From positions 1 to 13,273 of the forward strand of contig CAZBPC010000089.1 in NCBI GenBank assembly GCA_964493715.1: a stretch of DNA of 13,273 nt. Direction: 5' to 3'. Within the stretch, counting starts at the first letter, position 1. Each line of letters opens with the position of its first letter. The stretch is from an uncultured archaeon (GTDB taxonomy: Archaea; Asgardarchaeota; Lokiarchaeia; Sigyniarchaeales; SOKP01). Both the position numbers and the translations under genes were made by a program. The notes beneath the pieces are model-generated. The model was not told the origin of the DNA. It did not search any database and saw only the letters and a list, made by a program, of their open reading frames with translations. Shown here piece after piece: positions 6,792-13,273 of the stretch.

Positions 6792-8387
6792 ATGACAACA
6801 GATAAGATTTTACGCTTTAATAATTCAGAAAAGATTATTCCAAAGAAGAAATTTGTCACAATATCAGATACACACTTTAGTCGTTCTGGTGGTGCTTTTA
6901 ATTTACATGCGTATAATGTGGGCATTGACCAGATAAATAAAATTAAGGATGTTTCTTTATATCTTCACTTAGGAGATATTACCCATACAGGAACATTATT
7001 GGAATATGAATTTAGTTTAGAGCAATTAGCAAAATTCAATCCCCGTTCTAAGGCACCAATAATGATGCTTATTGGAAATCACGATGCGATGAATGTGGGT
7101 TACTTATTATTTGAAGAAATGATTGGCAGGCGTCATTATGAATATGAAGATGATGATATATACGTAATTGGAATTGACAGCACTAAACCGGATCTTCCAG
7201 GAGGGATAATTCATCATAGTATTATCGATACTGTTCGCAAAGAATTAGAAATTCCCGAACGTGAAGATAAATTTAAAGTTGTATGTTTTCATCATCAACT
7301 CATTCCCATTCCAAACACGGGAAAAGAGCGCTCAGCAATTGATGATTCAGGAGATATGCTTCAAATGCTTTTAGATGCGAAAGCTGATCTTGTTTTAAAT
7401 GGTCATAGACACATTTCTAATCTATACACAGTTAGCAGTAGTGAGAAAGATTTACTTATTTTTAATGCTGGTACTTTTTCCTGTAATAAGACAAGATACC
7501 GAGAATTATTTACGTATTCAATAATAGAAATTGAGGGAGGGAATGTTAGTTTCAAAATAATACCCGTTTTAGATTCAACATCCCAGATACAAATTCATAG
7601 AGAAGTTAATTATTATATTCCTTTAGATTTAAAAATTAATAAGAGACCTATTTGCAGAATTATTCAAATTTCAAATTCATTAGTTTCTGATATCCCAAAT
7701 AATACAAACACATCATTTCCTCTAGCTATAGACAAGATTAATCATATTTCCGATGTAGATTTGATAGTACATTCTGGAAATTTGACTAGAAATAGTTTTA
7801 AAGAGGAATTTGTTATTTCTAAGGAAATGTTGAACCGATTTAAATATCCTTATATAGTAGTCCCAGGTCCTCAAGATTCTATCCCTCCTGCATGGGATTA
7901 CTGGAAACGGTATATAGGTGAATATAATCCTCTCTATAATAGTGATAAATTATATTTTCAAGGGATTAATTCAACCACTCCAGACTCAAAAGAAGGTTTT
8001 ATAGGGAGAAAAAAGTTAAATAATCTTATAGAACAAGTACTTTCATTGAGCCATAAAAAAATTTTTGGAGTATCATGTTTTCATGGTTTAATTCCTACTC
8101 CTCTAAGTGTATGGAGAACAGAGCTATTAGACTCAGGAGATGCATTATCACAGTTTGCGCGATCACAAATTGATTTAGTATTAAATAGTTCTCCGAGTAT
8201 TTCATTCAATGTAAAGATTGAAAATACGATATTTTCAAACGGTGGAAATTTAGATGGGAGAAGATTTGACGAAGCATTTATTGAGATAGAAATCTTTGAG
8301 AAAGGACTCGTCTTGCTCAAAGAACATAATTTAAAAACCGGAAAATCTAGAATTATTGGAAATTATTATATTAACATTTTAATTTAG
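6792..8387 (+). CDS. Calcineurin-like metallophosphoesterase (Icc/CpdA-like) with two tandem domains, the second degenerate
   Basis: Domain 1 has all five metal motifs: SDTH, GDITH, GNHD, FHH, NGHRH. Domain 2 has SNSL, GNLT, GPQD, FHG and NSSPS at the equivalent positions. Confidence 0.9.
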   Translation: MTTDKILRFNNSEKIIPKKKFVTISDTHFSRSGGAFNLHAYNVGIDQINKIKDVSLYLHLGDITHTGTLLEYEFSLEQLAKFNPRSKAPIMMLIGNHDAMNVGYLLFEEMIGRRHYEYEDDDIYVIGIDSTKPDLPGGIIHHSIIDTVRKELEIPEREDKFKVVCFHHQLIPIPNTGKERSAIDDSGDMLQMLLDAKADLVLNGHRHISNLYTVSSSEKDLLIFNAGTFSCNKTRYRELFTYSIIEIEGGNVSFKIIPVLDSTSQIQIHREVNYYIPLDLKINKRPICRIIQISNSLVSDIPNNTNTSFPLAIDKINHISDVDLIVHSGNLTRNSFKEEFVISKEMLNRFKYPYIVVPGPQDSIPPAWDYWKRYIGEYNPLYNSDKLYFQGINSTTPDSKEGFIGRKKLNNLIEQVLSLSHKKIFGVSCFHGLIPTPLSVWRTELLDSGDALSQFARSQIDLVLNSSPSISFNVKIENTIFSNGGNLDGRRFDEAFIEIEIFEKGLVLLKEHNLKTGKSRIIGNYYINILI

Positions 8388-8453
8388 CCCAAAAGTTAAT
8401 ATTATTTTCATTTAACAAATTACATATTATAATCATATCTGGAATCAATTAGC

Positions 8454-9680
8454 ATGGAAAAACTTCATTTATTGAAACAATATAATTTAGTAATCATCCG
8501 ATACTCCGAAATATGGTTAAAATCTCAAAAGGTAAAGATACGCATGTTAAAAATCTTGATGGAAAATATCAAGAACGCTCTTAATCGAAATGGTATTCCA
8601 TTCAATAAGTATCAACTGAGTAAAGATTCATCGAGAATTTTCTTTTTTTTTAAAAATGATGATTTACGGGATGCAATTAATGTACTAAAAAAGGTATTTG
8701 GGATTTTCTCAATAAGTCCAACCATAAGAACTTCAAATAAAATTAATAATATTAGTGAAAGAGTTATTGAAATAGCTAAGGAAATACTAAAAAAAGGAGA
8801 CACGTTTGCACTAAGAGTAAGAAGATCTGGCACGCATGATTATTCCTCTATTGATGTTGCTCGAATTGTAGGAGGAAGAATAGTCGAGGAATTACCTGAT
8901 TACGATTTGAAAGTTAACTTATCAAATCCGAATAAGAAAATCTTTATCGAAATTCGCGATGAGTTTTCATATGTATTTTCTCAAATAATAAAAACCCCCT
9001 GGGTAGGTCTCCCCATCGAATCACCAAAAAAAATGTTCGTAATGGATGTTGGGAGAATATATGATTTGATTGCAGGCTTTATGTTGATGAAGCGAGGCAG
9101 TAATATTTTTCCTATCCTATTTTGCATGACAAATAATCTTGAAAATCAAAATATTTGGGAATCTAATTGGAGAGAATTATTAACTTATACACCTTATTCT
9201 CAATTTACGCTTATTAAAATCAATTTGTTACAATTATTAGAAAAAATTGTCCTAAAAATTAATAATCCTGAACTAATATGTGGAATTTGTCGATTGACCA
9301 GATTTAAGTTAATTGGAAAGTTAAATTCCGAGCTTGAAGCAAAACGTTATGACAATATCAGAGCTTTTACAGATGGACTTACTCTAACAAATACCTCATA
9401 TTGCGATGATAATGTTGATTTAGAATCAATTGCATTAAGTTATTTATTTTCAGATTATCCGATTTTTACCTCTTTAATTGGGTTCGATGCTAAAGAAATA
9501 CACAATTTAAGAGAAAAAATATCTAAAAATTTGAAAATTTTTGAGTATTGTAAATTAAAACCACAAAATCAAAATTACAATCAAGAAGAAATTTTGAAGA
9601 TCTTTAACAATTTAAATATTGATCCACTAATTGATGAGGCGTTGAAAAATATGACTAAAATAAATATTTCCTTATCATAA
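8454..9680 (+). CDS. ThiI-like THUMP-domain protein (tRNA s4U synthase family) with degenerate PP-loop
   Basis: ThiI N-terminus IRYSEIWLKS, THUMP domain (TFALRVRRSG...VNLSNPNKKIFIEIR), GLP, LMKRG, CGICR and LIGFD..EI are present. The canonical SGGIDS is replaced by VGRIYD. Confidence 0.8.
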   Translation: MEKLHLLKQYNLVIIRYSEIWLKSQKVKIRMLKILMENIKNALNRNGIPFNKYQLSKDSSRIFFFFKNDDLRDAINVLKKVFGIFSISPTIRTSNKINNISERVIEIAKEILKKGDTFALRVRRSGTHDYSSIDVARIVGGRIVEELPDYDLKVNLSNPNKKIFIEIRDEFSYVFSQIIKTPWVGLPIESPKKMFVMDVGRIYDLIAGFMLMKRGSNIFPILFCMTNNLENQNIWESNWRELLTYTPYSQFTLIKINLLQLLEKIVLKINNPELICGICRLTRFKLIGKLNSELEAKRYDNIRAFTDGLTLTNTSYCDDNVDLESIALSYLFSDYPIFTSLIGFDAKEIHNLREKISKNLKIFEYCKLKPQNQNYNQEEILKIFNNLNIDPLIDEALKNMTKINISLS

Positions 9681-9769
9681 TCTAAAGAATCGATCATTTG
9701 AACCTTTTTCTTAGATTTAAAATAGCATGAAGTTTTAAAAAGATGAGACATTTAAAAACATGAAAAATA

Positions 9770-10051
9770 ATGGTTAAAATAGAATTAAATTTGCTTAATA
9801 TTTTTGCTCTTAGAACAAACAAAAGCAAGATAGAATATGATGGAATGACAGTCGGTGATATTATTACTCAATTTTTAAATGATTATCGAGATAATCTTGA
9901 TGAGAATATTTTGAGTAAAAATAAGAAGAAGTTAAATCCTATTATGATTGTATTATTAAATGGAAGAAACATTACTTATCTAAAGAATTATAAGACCAAA
10001 TTAAAAGAAGGTGATAAGCTTTATTTATCTTTTCCGATTTCAGGAGGATAG
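9770..10051 (+). CDS. MoaD/ThiS/SAMP (Urm1-like) ubiquitin-fold sulfur carrier or protein modifier
   Basis: 93 aa; TVGDII, IVLLNGRNI, TKLKEGDKL and C-terminal PISGG diglycine. Confidence 0.9.
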   Translation: MVKIELNLLNIFALRTNKSKIEYDGMTVGDIITQFLNDYRDNLDENILSKNKKKLNPIMIVLLNGRNITYLKNYKTKLKEGDKLYLSFPISGG

Positions 10052-10228
10052 AGCTATCATATATCTTCTTAAAAATTGAGATGAAATAGATTTTTTTGAT
10101 TATACCATTTCAGGCATATTTTTCAATAATTTTCAAATTAATCTGCAATTAATCTATTTTACGACAAATTTTTAAATCCTAAGATGATGATATTCTTATA
10201 GAAGAACTGCAACCAACGATGTAAGAAA

Positions 10229-11161
10229 ATGCGAAAATTGGGATTTTTAGGCTTAGATAATGCGGGTAAAACCAGTATAATTACAGCTATAACTAAACGG
10301 TTTGGTTTTGAACAAGAAGTACTAAAATTGATGCCTACAAGAAGAATAGCTCGAGATGCTTTTAAATTCTTAGGAATTGAATTTATAAGGATGGATTTTG
10401 GAGGTCAAACTCAATATAGAGAAGAATATCTAAAAAGTCCAACGAGACACCTTTCTGGCATTGATCTAATTTATTATGTAATTGATGCACAGGATTATGA
10501 TCGCTATGTACAAACCATAGATTATTTAGATGAAATTCTGCTTCATTTTAAAGAAGAACAGGAATATCCCCCCATATGTATATTATTTCATAAATTTGAT
10601 CCCGAAATTAATAGAGACTTAGAACTCAATCAGCGTATTTTAACAATAAAACAAGCTTTGATGAGATATAGCATGGATTTTGATATATTTTTCTTTGAGA
10701 CTTCAATATATGATATAAAATCAATCATGGATGCATTTTCAAGCGGGTTATCATTATTGTTTGAAAAAATGGAGATGGTTTCTCAATTATTTGCTGAAAT
10801 AAGTAATAATTATGATTCAGTTTTAATTGCTTTATTTGATTCAAGAGGGTTCACGATTGGAGAATATTATCGTCCCCATTTACAATTACAAGAAAAGGTC
10901 CGAATATATGAAAAATATCTCGAAGCACAGAAAAAAATCTTGTCTGAAAATCACTCAATGTATGAATTTTCAGATAAGTATGAAAATGGTGAAAGATATT
11001 CCGGGCTAATCGAAGTACTTAAATTTGGGAATTTAGAATTTTACTTGCTCTTTATCGTCGAGGAAGATGTTGAAAATCTTGAAAGGACCGTAGAAATCTT
11101 AAATAAAATAGAGTCTGCAAAACCTCAAATGGAAAATATCATATTCCAAATTATTCAGTAA
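10229..11161 (+). CDS. Small GTPase of Arf/Rag(Gtr)-like type with C-terminal roadblock/longin-like extension
   Basis: G1 GLDNAGKTS, G2 PT, G3 DFGGQ, G4 HKFD, G5 ETSI. The C-terminal ~130 aa include IALFDSRGFTIGEY. Confidence 0.9.
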   Translation: MRKLGFLGLDNAGKTSIITAITKRFGFEQEVLKLMPTRRIARDAFKFLGIEFIRMDFGGQTQYREEYLKSPTRHLSGIDLIYYVIDAQDYDRYVQTIDYLDEILLHFKEEQEYPPICILFHKFDPEINRDLELNQRILTIKQALMRYSMDFDIFFFETSIYDIKSIMDAFSSGLSLLFEKMEMVSQLFAEISNNYDSVLIALFDSRGFTIGEYYRPHLQLQEKVRIYEKYLEAQKKILSENHSMYEFSDKYENGERYSGLIEVLKFGNLEFYLLFIVEEDVENLERTVEILNKIESAKPQMENIIFQIIQ

Positions 11162-11171
11162 AATCATCTGT

Positions 11172-12254
11172 TCAATTCTTTTTATCAAATTGCCTAATAA
11201 AATCATCGAGTTCTGCTTTTGATGGGGATAACTGCTTAGTTATCTTGTATAAAGAAGCCATTGTGCCAAATCTCATTGAATCTTTTAGTATATCTTCAAA
11301 TTCTTTAATTCGTTCTATTTTCATGAATTCCTGAAAGTGCAATTTATCTTCAAATAATTCATAAATTTTAGATAAAAATCCTGCTGCATAAGAATCACCA
11401 GCTCCTGTTAAATCAATTGTATCTTTCAATTTAATACTTGGATGCTGAATATGAAAATTATTAGTAAAGAGATAAGATCCATTTTCTCCATCAGTATAGA
11501 CTCTTACTTTCGCAAATTGGCTTAATTTTTCATCAATTTTATCTAAAATAAGATCTTCTTTTAAAATAAATTTCGCATCATTAAGTTTTACAAAAAAAAT
11601 ATCTTTTGTTTCTCCAATTATAGTTGATAATTGATCAAGAGAATGAATTTTCTGTGCTTCTATAGTAAATGCGGTAATTAATCCTAAAGACTCACCCATT
11701 TCGAATAAAAACTTGTATTTAGATGAAATAGGTGTCGTAAATATTATTTTAGCATTTTCAAATGCTTCTTTAGTAATTTCTATACCATTAAAAATCATTT
11801 TCTGTTTAAGATTTGGAGCTATATAAATTTTGGTTGTAAAAGTCGATTTAATTATTGTACTGATTGGTGTTAAGGCATCTTGCTGAAAAATATAATCCAC
11901 ATTAATGCCATTTTCTTTGAGTTCTGAAATCATCCATTCACAATCTCGACCTATTACTGTGATTAGTCTCGTTGGAATTTCCAATCGTGAGATATAATCT
12001 GCGGAATTATTACCATTCCCTCCTCTTTTGATATAGCCTTGAGCTTCAATCTTCTTGGGGATTTCTCCAAAAGCTTGTGTTATTAGTTTATGGACAATTC
12101 GAGAATTAAGATCATCAGGATTATGATGTAAGAAATTAAGTAAGTTAGTCGTGATTTTTTCGACTAATTTATCATAAAAGTCACTTTCATAATAAAGATC
12201 TTGATGTAATTCTCCCAACACGATAAATTCTTTGGTCATTACAATACTACTCAT
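11172..12254 (-). CDS. PfkB/ribokinase family carbohydrate kinase
   Basis: Signature motifs GGNGNNSA and DLTGAGDSYAAGF. The real start is ATG 12254 or 12239, because the track start (12308) lies inside the tRNA. Confidence 0.9.
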   Translation of the reverse strand: MSSIVMTKEFIVLGELHQDLYYESDFYDKLVEKITTNLLNFLHHNPDDLNSRIVHKLITQAFGEIPKKIEAQGYIKRGGNGNNSADYISRLEIPTRLITVIGRDCEWMISELKENGINVDYIFQQDALTPISTIIKSTFTTKIYIAPNLKQKMIFNGIEITKEAFENAKIIFTTPISSKYKFLFEMGESLGLITAFTIEAQKIHSLDQLSTIIGETKDIFFVKLNDAKFILKEDLILDKIDEKLSQFAKVRVYTDGENGSYLFTNNFHIQHPSIKLKDTIDLTGAGDSYAAGFLSKIYELFEDKLHFQEFMKIERIKEFEDILKDSMRFGTMASLYKITKQLSPSKAELDDFIRQFDKKN

Positions 12255-12271
12255 ATTAGTGAAAGATTGAA

Positions 12272-12375
12272 CGCAGATGGAGGGATTCGAACCCCCGAGC
12301 GCTTTCACGCACCAGCTTTCTCCGTCACTTTTTATGCTCTCGAAGCTAGCGTCTTACCAACTAGGCTACATCTGC
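12272..12375 (-). tRNA. tRNA-Ser(CGA) with a 21-nt intron at 37/38 (about 12318-12338); CCA not encoded
   Basis: Acceptor stem GCAGAUG/CAUCUGC, discriminator G, anticodon stem CUAGC/GCUGG, loop UU-CGA-G|A, long variable arm GCGU-GAAA-GCGC and T arm GGGGG-UUCGAAU-CCCUC. Confidence 0.95.
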
Positions 12376-12414
12376 ATCTAGATAAATTCTTCAATTAGGT
12401 ATAGTTTAGTTGAA

Positions 12415-12428
12415 TATAAATTTTTTTC
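12415..12428 (-). promoter_or_regulatory. Putative BRE/TATA promoter of the tRNA gene
   Basis: Minus strand GAAAAAAA-TTTATA about 40 nt upstream of the mature tRNA 5' end. Confidence 0.5.
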
Positions 12429-12464
12429 TAAATTTACTGGTACTTTTTGAATGCTAGAGGTGAT

Positions 12465-12764
12465 TTAGGAAGAAGGAACATAAATTTTTAAATTAAGAGA
12501 AGGATCAAGAAGCTTGATTACACCTTGTTGTTCCATCTGTTTGAGTAAGAGTTTTACTGTAGAAATTCGGATATCATATTTTAATGCAATATCGGGAGCT
12601 AGTATAGACTTTTTCTTCAAGATAGATTCCTTAATTTCCTCCTCTAAGGAATTAGGAATAAAAGCATCTCTTTCTACTATGGTAATTTGTTTGGTTCTGC
12701 CGTATTTTCTCCTTAAATTTAATGTTGCTTTTCTTACAAGAACTCTTTCTTCTTTTTCAGACAT
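12465..12764 (-). CDS. rps25e: Small-subunit ribosomal protein eS25-like (winged helix)
   Basis: About 99 aa with a basic N-terminus. EEIKESILKKKSILAPDIALKYDIRISTVKLLLKQMEQQGVIKLL...KIY parallels the eS25 core as I recall it (KLITP..VSERLKIRGSLAR..L.EL...GLIKLV...IY). Likely start is ATG 12764. Confidence 0.7.
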   Translation of the reverse strand: MSEKEERVLVRKATLNLRRKYGRTKQITIVERDAFIPNSLEEEIKESILKKKSILAPDIALKYDIRISTVKLLLKQMEQQGVIKLLDPSLNLKIYVPSS

Positions 12765-12929
12765 GATATTCACTTAATTCTGTGTGGACCTGTTTTAACT
12801 TTTTAATTTTATGAAAATTTAATACTTGACAACTGATTTATTAAATATTTAAATTTTAATAAAATTTTTGATTTATACTTGAATCTTAAATATTAGATCA
12901 GTAAAAATAAATGTCAAGGCAAAATTTCT

Positions 12930-13273
12930 GTGAATGATGATTACAAATTCGAAATAAAGCGTGTAAGACCTGAAGATAAATATTCAAACGTCAAAGTGTA
13001 TTATGATAAAGAGAATATTGAAAAATATGCAAATTCAAAGTCTCTAATGAGAATTCAAGAAAAAATTACAATTAGAACTTTGGAATTATTGGATTTACCT
13101 GTACATGATTCTCTTATATTAGATTTAGGGTGTGGAGCAGGATTTGTTGGAATGTATTTAACTGAAGTGGGTTACAAGACAATAGCGATAGATATCATAT
13201 CTGAATTTCTTAGATATTATGATATTAAGGAATTAAATCCTATCTTAGCAGATATGTGTACTCTTCCATTTAA
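12930..13273 (+). CDS. Class I SAM-dependent methyltransferase, Bud23/WBSCR22-like (partial, runs off the window; absent from the ORF track)
   Basis: My translation from GTG 12930: MNDDYKFEIKRVRPEDKYSNVKVYYDKENIEKYANSKSLMRIQEKITIRTLELLDLPVHDSLILDLGCGAGFVGMYLTEVGYKTIAIDII...LADMCTLPF. It has motif I LDLGCGAG and the Bud23-type N-terminus RPE..YY..KY..S..IQ.K.T.R.LELL.L. Confidence 0.85.
   Translation, partial: MNDDYKFEIKRVRPEDKYSNVKVYYDKENIEKYANSKSLMRIQEKITIRTLELLDLPVHDSLILDLGCGAGFVGMYLTEVGYKTIAIDIISEFLRYYDIKELNPILADMCTLPF

Noticed and set aside
12255-12308. N-terminal extension of the PfkB ORF in the supplied track
   Set aside because: It overlaps the tRNA variable arm, T arm and acceptor stem; the real start is 12254 or 12239.
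12272-12310. tRNA 3' end as an integration (att) site
   Set aside because: I saw no duplicate of the tRNA end and no integrase in the window, and the flanking genes look like housekeeping genes.
6368-12777. ORFs 6368-6601, 8081-8320, 8612-8833, 10827-11009 and 12514-12777
   Set aside because: Antisense or alternate-frame ORFs nested in real genes, with no motifs.
12911-12937. Short ORF MSRQNFCE* overlapping the Bud23-like start
   Set aside because: Only 8 codons. It could be chance or a 1-nt indel hiding an ATG start, but GTG 12930 suffices and nothing else supports it.
1-13273. CRISPR array, IS element or prophage genes
   Set aside because: No regularly spaced repeats, transposase, integrase or viral hallmark proteins were seen.

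Overview
AT-rich archaeal chromosomal window whose gene content points to an Asgard archaeon, most likely Lokiarchaeia (inference). It carries a Rag/Arf-like small GTPase, a roadblock protein, eS25, a Bud23-like methyltransferase, a ThiI-like THUMP protein and an intron-containing tRNA-Ser(CGA). Gene order: GNAT acetyltransferase; GPH/MFS sugar transporter split by a 1-nt frameshift; Zn-finger/DUF2695-like gene (-); coiled-coil protein with a C-terminal Zn ribbon (-); roadblock protein; two membrane-bound hexapeptide-repeat proteins; tandem metallophosphoesterase; degenerate ThiI; MoaD/SAMP ubiquitin-like protein; small GTPase; PfkB kinase (-); tRNA-Ser (-); eS25 (-); partial Bud23-like gene. 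The most striking locus is 2518-3390. The coiled-coil gene is interrupted inside its Zn ribbon by a 30-nt, stop-containing insert that folds as a relaxed bulge-helix-bulge (BHB), making it a candidate tRNA-type intron in an mRNA. The last 12 codons plus stop of that gene (KKHVCKKCGYEF*) recur 775 bp downstream with only synonymous changes, bracketing the DUF2695-like gene. Together these suggest a small cassette inserted into the 3' end of the gene: intron, replacement gene tail and passenger or mobility gene.
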